From Dehalococcoidia bacterium (lineage in GTDB: Bacteria > Chloroflexota > Dehalococcoidia > Bin125), in contig OZ253504.1 of the NCBI GenBank assembly GCA_965262235.1, positions 2,731,681 through 2,795,680 of the forward strand: a stretch of 64,000 nt of DNA, in the 5' to 3' direction. Within the stretch, counting starts at the first letter, position 1. The number at the start of each line of letters is the position of its first letter. Of this stretch, positions 9,401 through 19,900 are shown piece by piece. The notes below the pieces were generated by a model. That model saw nothing but the letters and a program-made list of their open reading frames with translations. It did not search any database and had not been told where the DNA came from. The position numbers were made by a program, and so were the translations under genes.

Positions 9401-10720
9401 CTGCGGCGTCTGCGGCTCTGTGGGCCGGGAGGAGGCGTAGTGTTCGTCCACCTCCGATTGGCTGGCCGCTCGAATCGAGTAGCCGTCGTCGGTCACCGCA
9501 TAGTGGACGTAACTGTCGATCAGACCGCTGATGGTCTCGTCCTCGAGGGCGCCGGCGATGAAGGCGTTGGGCACGCCGTCCTGCAGCGCACGCAGGTTGA
9601 CATGCGAGAGCGGCGTCTGGGGCACGGTGCTGATGATGCCGGCAACGCGGGGCAACTCATTGGGCAGCGCCTCGTAGATCACCACATCGCGGGAGTGGGG
9701 ACGTTCGTCCGCGTCGAGGCTCCGCAGCAGGCCGTAGCCTTCCCCCGGGTTAAGCGCCAGGAAGTCGGTTTCGCCGAAGACAGACTCGTCGAACACGAGG
9801 TTGACTCGGGGTTCGCGGTACAGGGCCAGGTCGGCCTGGATCTGCGGAAGACGCCGGTTACTTACCCACAGGGCCAGGTTGTCGTCAAGCAGCGGCATGC
9901 TGGCCGCGAGCAGAGTGTAGACGCGCTGCCAGAGTCTCAGGGATGGGCGGCCGGCAACGCTGTAGTAGTAGAGTCCACGGCTACCGTCGGGCGCCACGAG
10001 TTCCGGGTCATAGAAGATCGTGCCCTCTGAGGCTGGTCCCAAAGGATCGAAGTTCAGGGCATCCAGAAAATAGTCGTGATGCAGGAACGTGTTTGTGTTC
10101 TGGAAGTAGAGACTGGGCCGGTCGCTGTCCCTGTCGCCCAGAACGAATTTGATTTGAAATGGGCCGCCGGGATCGGGATAGGCGAGCGTTTCGAAGGTTG
10201 CCCGATCGGGAATCGCTACGGCGCCGTGACTGAGCTCGAGGGCGATGCCGGGGTTCACTGGATTCATGCCCACCGGGTCTCCGAGTTCGGTGATGTCGTC
10301 GATGCAATCGCCGTCGACATCGGCCGGGTCGGCGATGAGGTATTTCTCAACGCGGTAGCGATCGACGGGCAGAGCCGCCACGCTCTCTGCAAGCGTGGTC
10401 GTGCCGTCTTCGCCCAGGACCACCTGGACCGGGGACCTGTACGTCGTGCCATCCACCTCGTGGCTCACGTAGAGGACGAAGTAGTCCGCCGTCGTGGACG
10501 TGACCACGATCGGCACGGCCGTCACAGGGACCGCAACTGGTGTGGGTGGATTGTCCGGGTCCGGACACGTCTGCGCGTGCGCCGGGCTCCCAAAGAGTGT
10601 CATTGCCGCGATGACGGCCGCAGCGACCGAGCACGCGATGAGCGCTGTTGTCAGAGACATCCGTACGCCATCAGAGATGAGTCTGCCTGGTGGTGTCCAG
10701 TTGCGCATCGTCATGGGCAT
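6438..10720 (-). pseudogene. Secreted PEP/pyruvate-binding (dikinase-like) surface protein with conserved C-terminal cassette; single 1-nt deletion at about 7462
   Basis: Signal peptide ending PAHA; QTPLSHVNLRA; RYRSSTNNEDLPNFNGAGLYDS; EIEFKI..KQARPW; Ig-like and FN3 domains; ORFs 7280-11188 and 6438-7847 join if one C is restored (AGC GGC CAG, DSGQD). Start could be 10660, 10714 or 10720. Confidence 0.85.
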
Positions 10721-10968
10721 CCTGAAGGGCTCCAGGAGACGGCGATGGTTCCGGGGGGCTCGCTGGTCAGCGTCAGACCGCTGATGGCGCCATCGGCTTC
10801 CTGAGCCTGGGCAACCGCGAAGACGCCCAGGAAGGTCACAATGGACGGCAGCAGGACCGCCGGCGTCAGGACAGATAGCGGCCTGGACCTTCCCGGGCGC
10901 ACTCCACCTTCGGATGTTCGGTGGAGCCGGCCGGAGGCGCGGGCGGACCGGGTCGTGGACTGCGTCAT
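10711..10968 (-). pseudogene. Orphan N-terminus of a surface protein (signal peptide plus first strands of an FN3-like domain)
   Basis: Hydrophobic stretch ending AVAQA, then GAISGLTLTSEPPGTIAVSW, then a premature end. Confidence 0.5.
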
Positions 10969-11334
10969 CAGATGACGTTCCTCGAGGATCGTTGTTCGGG
11001 CATGGCAAGCCGGCGAGTGGAGGGGACGTTGGTACCAGGTCGGTCATGACCGATCCTGCAGGCCAATGACGCCGGGTGCAGCACAGGCCACTCCATCCAC
11101 GAGACGCAGGCACGCCTCTGTCGCGCCTGCCCAACTTCACCGGCTGCGAATGGACAGCCAGGAGATAGGGTATGGCACCACGGGTCAACTCGACCCGGAT
11201 GATGTATACGGGGCGGTATAATATGACTGGATCCGCTGCCGGAGGACCCGCATCGCGACCGGGCGTGCTAGTCAGGGCGGGGCTACGCCCGCCCGGCGTC
11301 CACCATCCAGGCTCCGAACGAGGTAGGACAGTCC

Positions 11335-11460
11335 AGCGACCTGGAGCGCGAGCACCGGGCCCTTCGCGAGCGCCGCTCGCGCCTCAGCGAGGCCAGCCTC
11401 CGCATCAACGAGAGCCTCGACTTCGGAACCGTCCCCCAGGAGGCGCTGGACAGCGCACGC
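11335..11460 (+). pseudogene. Remnant of a GAF sensor kinase/regulator N-terminus
   Basis: Translates SDLEREHRALRERRSRLSEASLRINESLDFGTVPQEALDSAR, a coiled coil leading into a GAF first helix; no intact ORF. Confidence 0.5.
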
Positions 11461-11989
11461 CGTCGACGGGCGCGCTGTGCAACAGCTTGAGCCGAGGCGG
11501 TTGAACAACGGGCGCCACAAGCTGAACCGGCCACGCCAGCGGTCGCCCCGCAACCAGCTTGGGAGCGCATCGAAAGAGCGTTCGTGTTCGCCAGCGGTGA
11601 CGGCCGCGGCAAGCGGGAATCGCCGGACCGGCTCACCCTCCGGGGACTCCGTGCAACGAAGGGTTCAGGCCGACGGTCAGCACGCGGAGCGGCGATGCGA
11701 CGTACGCATCGACATCGCCGAAGCACTGGATGGGGATGGCTGGATGCACCCTCGACGCCTGCGCGGCACGCCCTGTCCATGGCCGCCGTCAGGGGTCGGT
11801 ACGGCCTCTGGACGGAAATCACTTGCTCCGATGGCGCAGCGTGTCAGGGCAAGCCGTGCGGCAAGTGAGCAGTACGCCTACTTTGACCGGTACCCCGCGA
11901 GGAGGAGTCACCGATGACCGAACGAGCCGACCCGCCGCCCGCCGCCCTTTAGGTCCGCGTCTCCAGCGACTGCCAGGACGTCGACGTCG

Positions 11990-12500
11990 CTGTCTCCGCC
12001 CAGCTCAGGGCACTCGCCGCCGACTTCCCCGTCCCCCTGCGGTCGGTTTAGGAATTCGCAACAGCGCACCTCCGACCCGACGTTGACATCGTCCGCGCGG
12101 TGGACAGTGGTGGTCAATGCGGAGGTGTCCGGATCACCAACTCGAGGGACCCACACGCCGCGGGGTGTGCGTTTCTCTATGCTCCAGTGCAGTCCACCCA
12201 AATCAGCAGCAGTATTGATGCCGCCATCCGGGTCTGAGAGCTCAACTACGATCGAATCTCCTACGGCCGGGTTCGGACGGCTCAGCGAGACGATGGTGAA
12301 GGACGACGCGTCGCCGCCGCTCAGCGTGTAGGTCAGCGCGTCGTTCTTGCCGTCCGATGCCGCGACCGCCGCCCCGACGTTCGTATCCGTTGCACTGCTC
12401 TCAGGCACGCTGCGCATGGCCATGTCGCTGCTGAATGTCGGCTCGGAGTTTCCGGCCCCGATCTGGGCAGTCACGCTGCTGGCGGACTTACCCGAACCGT
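11990..12500 (-). pseudogene. Two fused fragments paralogous to the giant cadherin-repeat gene
   Basis: 12290-12500 closely matches 21125-21335 at DNA level; 11990-12285 matches 17770-18030 at protein level. Confidence 0.8.
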
Positions 12501-13149
12501 GCAGGTCCGAGCCGTCGTCGTCGACGATGAAGAGGGTTGGATGCTCCTGCCGCGACTGACCCTCATCACCGAGGAAGGCCAGCCGTGCGCTATCGGGCGA
12601 CCAGGCAGGATCGGCGTCCGATGTCTCCGCCAGGTCGGTCAGAAGCCGTCGATCGCCGCCATCCAGGTCCGAACTGACCACGCCGAACGTTCCGGGCCGC
12701 TGACTGCGCCTGAGCGTTGCGTAGACGAGGCGAGCGCTGTCCGATGAGATCGTCGGCGAGGTGTCGTATGCGACCCTGTAGTCATCCGGCCCGCGCGGCA
12801 GGATGCGCATGTCGCCAACCGTGGGGCTGATTCGCTTGTGCTTGGCCCCGTCCGCGGGAATTGCGTAGAGGGTGCCGCGATTCGCCTCTTCGCCTCCCGT
12901 TCAGCGGACGATGATCACCTCGTGCTCGTCTTGGCTGGCTCATGTCGGGCGGTAGTGGCCGCCCTCGTACTGCGCTGAGAAGTAGAAGTTGTTCTCTACG
13001 GGATAGCGTGGAATACAGTCCGGCGGTACCACCAGCCAGACGAATCTGAAGAGCAAGAGCAGGGCCAGACATAGCTTGATTGCGAGCATGGGGACGCCCA
13101 CAACTGTGATCAGCAGCCTGCGTCCGTACCTGATCACGTTCGGATTCAT
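12500..13149 (-). pseudogene. TolB/PD40-like repeat membrane protein, disrupted
   Basis: N-terminal TM in ORF 12940-13149, RPT(TGA) likely from RPTW, then DTSPTISSDSARLVY and DADPAWSPDSARLAF in ORF 11908-12810. Confidence 0.6.
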
Positions 13150-13152
13150 CGC

Positions 13153-13398
13153 TCAGACCTCGACGCTTACCGACGGGCGCCGGAGCTCCCGAACAGCGTC
13201 GTTCCAGCTTCTCGGCGGGTGCCCTTGCCGCACTACGAACAGGTGATGTGCGGCGCGAAGGGAGTCGAGCCGGCCGCATTCCACCGTCCATACCACGTGA
13301 GCAATGGCCGACGAAGCGACGCTGGCCGACAGGACTACTGCCGCACGCAACCGGTGCGAGGCGAATGTCTGATCCGGTGCGAACTCCTGAAGCTGCAT
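13153..13398 (-). CDS. Small hypothetical protein
   Basis: 81-aa ORF with one hydrophobic stretch, abutting the next ORF; no motif. Confidence 0.25.
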   Translation of the reverse strand: MQLQEFAPDQTFASHRLRAAVVLSASVASSAIAHVVWTVECGRLDSLRAAHHLFVVRQGHPPRSWNDAVRELRRPSVSVEV

Positions 13399-13910
13399 CG
13401 CGGATCAAGGCTTCCCGAAGATCGTGACGTGCCATTGCCGCCGCGTCCTAGCGGAGGCTGTTGCATAGAGGTTGAGGCCTGGAGATGGTGCGGTTAGCGG
13501 GAAAGGGTCGGTTGGCGGCGGGTAGTTCTGCCGCGGCGCCGGCGAACGGGGCACGGGTTGCCCGGCTCGGCGCTGTGCCGGACTCGGCGACGCGAGTGGG
13601 AGTTCGGCGGCTGGCAGCCTGGGAACCCGGGCGAATGCTGGTTCGACCTGCGGCGACAGGGCTTGCGCCGCATCCGTTCGCGCACCGAGAGTCCGGCCGG
13701 GATGCGCCGGCGCGGGGCCGCGCCAGCCGCTGCGACCGGCTGCACGGCTCGGGCGGCAACGCGTCGCGCCGCTCCTCGCCTCGGCTGGTCTTCGGCGTCC
13801 ACCCGCTCCGCCCCCGCCGGAGCTCGGGGCCGGCTAGCGGCGAGACCAGGGTCGGACGGCCTCTGATGAGGGGAAGCCGACGCAGCGAGAGCAACGATGC
13901 GTTCGGTCCA

Positions 13911-16900
13911 TCAATTCGCGACAGACACGACTCCGCTCGCGACTAGGGCCGCGCCAGGCGGCAATCCTTCAGCGAAGCGAGTGCGGAAGGGCCGGCTGAG
14001 GAACTCGGGCGCATCGAGGAAGAAGGCGGTCCAGACGCCGCCAGCATGATGGTAGAGCGCACTGACATCGAGGCTGCGGGCGCAGGCTTCGAGCTCGCTG
14101 ACGCTGCCGCCGACGAACGTGACCTCGCTCAGACGCTCGTTGGTGAGTCCGCCCAGGCACGGCGGCTTGCTCACGTCAACCAGATAGGTCGTGGTCCGGC
14201 TGCCGTCCTCGGATGTCACAGTGATGCTGATTGCCGTTTCGGCCTCCAGACTGACCTGATGTCCGTTTTCGGGATCGCCGTCGGCGTCAGTCGGAGTGAT
14301 CGCGACCATCGCTGACTCCTGTGTAGCAAGGGCCTCGGCGGTCGTAACGGTCGCACTGGAGTCGGCCATAGCTGTGTATGCGCGGCGGCCGGATGAGAAC
14401 TCCTCGATCTCGATGTCGCTCAAACTGAGCGAGGCCAGCTGCGCAATGATCGCGTCGGGGATGTTGTACGTGTAGAGCTTGTCGTCCTGCTCGTCCGCGA
14501 CATAGATGACATCGCCGTCCGACCAGATTCCACGCGCATCGCTGTTGCCTGCTTTGAGCAGCGGCCGGAAGCCGAACTCCAGGTCTTCGTTGCGCTTCAG
14601 CGTGTCGCCATCGAGTTCGTAGGCAAACAGCCGCTTGGCGCCGTCGTCGGAGACCCAGAGCGTGACGCCGTCAGACCAGATTCCGCGCGGGCTGCGGTTG
14701 AGCTTGTCGAGCGGGTGCTCGGCCAATAGCTCGCCAGATTCGAGGTCATAGACGAAGAGCGCGTCCTTGACGCTGTCGAGCACATACATCACCCCGCCAT
14801 CGGACCAGATGCCCCGCGGGTCGCGGTTGCGCTCGGCGAGTTCGATCTCCCGCGGTTCGTGCCGCTCTCCGCTCTCCAGGTCGTAAGCGAAGAGCCGGTC
14901 CTGACCGCTGTCGGCGACCCAGACGGTCTCGCCGTCCGACCAGATGCCGTGCGAGAAGCGGTTGCGCGGGTCAAGTTCGAACTCGCGGTCCGGCTGACGC
15001 TCGCCACTTTCCAGCTCATAGGCGAACACGGCGTCGGCGCCGGAGGCGGCGTTTTCGAGGACCCACAGGGTCTGACCGTCCGACCAGAGATCGGTCGGGA
15101 TGTCGTTGTCGCCGTCCAACGATTCGATATCCCGCGTCACGTTCCAGTCGAAGTCCTCGTCCGACGGGATCGGCACTGGAGGCGGTCCGCCGCCTCCACC
15201 ACCGCCGCCGCCACCGCCCGACCCCGACCGCCTGACCACGGAGGGGGCGATCGTCACATCAATGATCACGTCCACCGTGGCGTCCGCGGCAGGGTCGGGG
15301 ATGTAGTTGGCGCGAAAGCCGTCGTGCACGGACACGGTGACCATGTAGGAGCGAGGCTCGAGGACGGCTTTCGTCCGTAGCTGGCCGCTGGCCGGATCGA
15401 TGTCGAAGCGGTCGGCGTCTCTCCCGCCCAGCGAGTAGGTGACCACGTCACCCTCGTCGGCATCGGTCGCGGCCACGGGCGCGCCGATCGACAGGCCGGC
15501 TGCTGTGGCCTGGCCGATGACACGGGTGTACCGCGCCTCGGCGAACGTAGGCTCGGTATTCGTCATGGGTCTGGCTTCGTCGATATGCACCGTCAGCGCG
15601 GCATCGGCACTCTTGTTGCTGCCTCGGCGGTCGGTGTAGGACGCAGTGGCACGCAGATACTGGTCAACGTCGTCGGCGACCGTTGAATACCTGCTTGACG
15701 TTGCGCCCGGAATGTCTATCCAGCTCGACCGGTTTGAGGACCGCGCCCACTGCCAGGTGACGCTGCTCAGACGGACATCGTCATCATCATTGAGGACCGC
15801 GGCAAATGCCGTTTGTGGACTCACCCAGCCCCGCGGCGGGGTGATGCTGACCCGTCCCTCTTCCTCGACGTCCGTCACGGCGACCGTCACGGCGAGGGAC
15901 CCTGCCAGGCCGCCCTCATCGGTGGCGGTAACGGTCACCTGGAAGGTGGTGTTGCTGTCCTCGAAGCTGGGCGGTGTGCGGAAGTGCAGCCGGCCTTGAT
16001 CGGTCATCACGAAGCGGCTGTCATCCACCGACCAGGCGAGCGTGTCGCGCTCGGGATCGGCCCCGGAATAGGACGCGACGGCGGAGCTGTCGTTCTCTCT
16101 GTAGGAGGGAGCGGTATCGCCCGTGACCACGGGCTTCTCGTTGACGTTCGTCACGGTGACGGTCACGCGAATGCGGGCGTCGATCACAGTGTCAGGGTCG
16201 TCGTTCTGGTCCGCGGCGTCGCTGACGGAGACGGTGACGGAGTAGGACCGCTTGCCCTCAAAGTCCAGTTGCACATTTGCCGCCAGCCGCAACTGCCCAG
16301 AGTTCTCGTCGATCGTGAATGAAGCAGCGTCCGATCCGCTGAGCGTGTAGGTCAGGACATCGTTGTTGAAGTCGGTGGCTTCGATAGCGGCTCCGATGGC
16401 GGCGCCGGAGGCGGCATCTTCCGGCACTTCGCGCTGACCGTTCTCCGTGGCCGGGAACGAGGGAGCCGCATTGACTGGTGGCGGTTCGTCGACGGCGCGC
16501 GGCGATATGCCGTGCGCGCTCTTGTTCGGTCCTTCGCCGTCGGTGTACGAGGCCGTTGCTCGAATGTAGCTGCGGACGTCTTCTAACGTTGGCGTGTAAT
16601 CGGCAGACGTGGCGTTCGCAATGTTGACCCAATTGGTCCGGCCGTTGGGCGAGCGGGACCATTGCCAGGTGACGCCGGTAGCGTTGTCGGGATCGCTGAG
16701 TTCCGCGGTCACCGGGACCCGAGCTTTGATCGTCGCGGTAATCGTGGTCAGGGCTACCATCCCCGGCTCTTCCAGGTTTTCGATCGTCACCGTGACACCC
16801 TGGGTGTCGTCCACGGTGGTAGACATGTTGCCCGCGCCGTCCCGCCCGTCGTGAACCTCGACCGTCAACCTGTACTCGGGCTTCAACTCGAAGTCGAGGG

Positions 16901-19900
16901 CCTCGCTGGTTCGCAGTTGACCGGTGGTCTCAACGATGGTGAAGGCGTCGGCGTCCGCGCCGGCCAGGGAGTAGACGAGCTGGTCGTCCTCGGGGTCCTC
17001 GGCTGCGATGGGGGCGCCGATGCTCACGCCCGTCCTGGTGTGCTCGGGCACGCTGCGCCGGCCGTTCTCGGAGGGCGGGAAGTTCGGCTGCCGGTTCTCG
17101 CTGGGGACAGAACTCGCCGTGACCGCCTCCGCGGTCTTGCCGTCGCCGCGGTTGTCCCTGTAGAGGGCGCTGGCTCGCAGGTAGAAGTCCCCGTCGGCGT
17201 TGACTGGCGTGTAGCCGCTGGAATTGGCTCCGGAGATATTGATCCAGCCGCTGCGCCCGTTTTCGGACCGCGCCCATTCCCACGTCGTGCCGCTGATGCT
17301 GCCGTCTCCGTCTTCGAGGTCGGCCCGCAGCGGCGTCCCGATCTCCGGCTCCTCCGCCGAGAGCGTGATGACCCCCGGCTCCTCCACATCCGCGACAGTG
17401 ATTCGGAAGGTCGCGGTGTGGTCGATCTGAGGATCAGTTTCGACGTTGCCGTCAGCGTCTCTGCCGTCATGGATGGTGACGAACAAGAGCTCGAAGCCGG
17501 TTGAGGTCTCGAAGTCCAGCGCTTCGGTGAGCATCAGCTGCCCGGTGGAGGTGTTGACGTCGAACAACCCTTGAATGCCCTGATGGCCGATCCCGAATGT
17601 CACGGAGTCGCCTTCGCGATCTGTGACTTCTATTGGGTTGCCGACGGGCCTGGGGTCGCCACCCTCTTCGATAGTCCCCCTCAGGCCCCCACCGCGGAAG
17701 CGGGGAGGCGCATTGGGGATCGGGTCCGCGGTTACCGCTGCGGTCGCTTCGCTCGCCGCCGACTTCCCACTTCCCCTGCGGTCGATGTAGGGATTCGCAA
17801 CCGCGCGCACCTCATTACCGACGTCGGCATCGATCGGAGTGTAGGCAGTGACAGCGAATCCGGTCTGTCCCGGAAACATAGTTTTGGGAACCCACGTTCC
17901 GCCCGGGACGCGAGTCTCTATGGTCCAACCGGGTCCACCCGTTATAGTAGAAGTATCGATGTCACCGTCCGGGTCTGAAAGCTCAAACGCAATCTGATCC
18001 CCCACCGCCGGGTTGGAATTGCTCACCGATACGACGCCGGCTTCCTCCACATCGGCAACGGTGACAACAACGTCGATGCTGGCGTTGCGGCGAGTTGTGC
18101 CGCTCTCCTCATCGGTGGCGACGACCGTGAACGAGTAGTCGTTGTCCCCGTTGGCGTCGATCGGGCTCTCAAAGCTGGGCGGAGCTTCGAAGCTGACATT
18201 GCCACCGGTATCGATGATGAATCTGCCCCGATCGACGCCGGTCAGCGTCCAGGTCACCCCGCCCTCCTCGTCGCGGGCGGCGTATACCGACACCGTCGCT
18301 GTCCCGTTCTCGTCGTAAGTGACAGTCGCCTGGGGGCTCCCCGTCAGTTCCGGCCTCTCGTTGATGTTGGTGACGCTGATGATGACGGGATATTGCCTGC
18401 GGTTCGAGGGAGATGCGTCGTCACTTGCCTCGACGATGATGTCGTACTCGTTGTTCGAGCCGTCGTCCGCAGCCACCTCGAAGTTGGGCCTGGCGGCAAA
18501 GGACAGGACGCCGGAGGCGGGGTCGATGTCGAAGTCGCCCGCGTCCGTGCCGCCCAGCGACCAGGAAATCACGTCGTCCGGTTCCTCGTCTCGCGCGGTG
18601 TAGGTCTCGACGGTGAGGTCCGGATCGACGGCATCGTATTCAATTTCCGCGAGGCTCGGCGCGTCGCTCCCGCCGGTCACCTCCGGGGTCTCGTTGACGT
18701 TGGTGACGGTGACGGTGACGGGGTAGTCCCTGGTGTTCCGGGGAGATGCGTTGTCACTCGCCTTCACAAGGATCTCGTAGTCGTTGTCTTGGTCGTTGTC
18801 CGCCTGATCCTCGTAGTTGGGCCGGGCGGCAAATGACAGGACGCCGGAGCTGCGGTCGATCCGGAAGTCGCCCGCGTCCGTGCCGCCCAGGGACCAGGCA
18901 ATCGGCTGGTCTTCCTCGTCTCGCGCCGTGTAGGTGCCGACGATGTAACTCATCGCGGTAAGGTCCGCAGCGGCGGTGTCGTACTCAATCTCTGCGAAGC
19001 TTGGCGAGTCGTCCCCGTCCGTGACCGCCGGGGTTTCGTCGAAATTGGTGACCCTGACGGTGACGACCCTCGTCCCGATGGCGTTGCTTTCGCCCGAGCC
19101 GTCATCCGCCTGGACGACGATGTCGTAGACGTTGTTGGAGCCCGTGTCGGCCGGATTCTCAAAGTCGGGCCGGATGTCGAAGTACAACCCTCCGAAGTTA
19201 TCGATGCGGAAGTGTTCACTGTCTGCGCCGCCCAGGGACCATGTGACCGTGTCTCCATCATCGTCAGTGAATGTGTATATGTCGGTGATATAGTCTATAC
19301 CGTCAAGCTCGCTGTCCATCCTATCGAATGCAATCTCCTCGAAGTTCCTGTTGCGTCTCCCACGAAGCACCGGCGTCTCATTGACGTCATCAACCGTCAC
19401 CGTGACTGTCGTCGTGTCGGTCAGGGAGCCATCCGAGACGATCACGGTCACGACGTAGTCATTCATTTCGTCGGCGTCGGCCGCCAGCTCGTAGTTCGGC
19501 GACACGCGGAACGTCAACTCGCCGTCCCCGTCGGCGTTCTTCGTGATCCTGAAGTCGCCGGTGTCCGGACTGACGGTGCTGTCTGGGTCCAGCGACCAGG
19601 TCAGCGTGGTCGAGGCGTCCACGTCGGACGCCTCGAAGGCGGCGATCGTCTCTGTGGTCGGCGTGTTCTCGTCTTTGCTGACGCTGCTTGGGCCGGCGTC
19701 AATCGTCGGCGCCTCATTCACGTTCATCACGGTCACGGCGACGCTTTGCGTGTCGCTGAGACCGCCGGCGTCGGTGACCTTGACCGTCGCGTTGTAGACA
19801 TTGTTTTCGCCGATGTCGGCCTTGGTCTCAAAGTCCGGCGCGCTAATGAACGTGAGCACGCCCGTCGAGGAGTCGATCCGGAACTTGCTTCCGTCGTCGG

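Noticed and set aside
8450-9780. Ordinary metabolic PEP synthase/PPDK
   Set aside because: Has a signal peptide, reversed domain order and no PEP-binding barrel
8099-10030. Long antisense ORFs (also 34589-36358, 42501-44462, 44844-46802, 50262-52070)
   Set aside because: Shadow frames expected opposite high-GC genes; no motifs
10721-11188. N-terminal extension of the 1302-aa ORF
   Set aside because: Pro/Arg-rich non-coding-like translation; the signal peptide begins only at 10660-10720
11181-11222. TATAAT promoter with small inverted repeat
   Set aside because: No recognisable -35 and no intact downstream gene; cannot be supported
12940-12942. Selenocysteine or recoded TGA
   Set aside because: Context RPT*ASQ fits a Trp TGG>TGA mutation, and further breaks follow immediately
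13485-13946. 153-aa plus-strand ORF
   Set aside because: Ala/Arg-rich with no motif, poor RBS spacing, overlaps the convergent gene end
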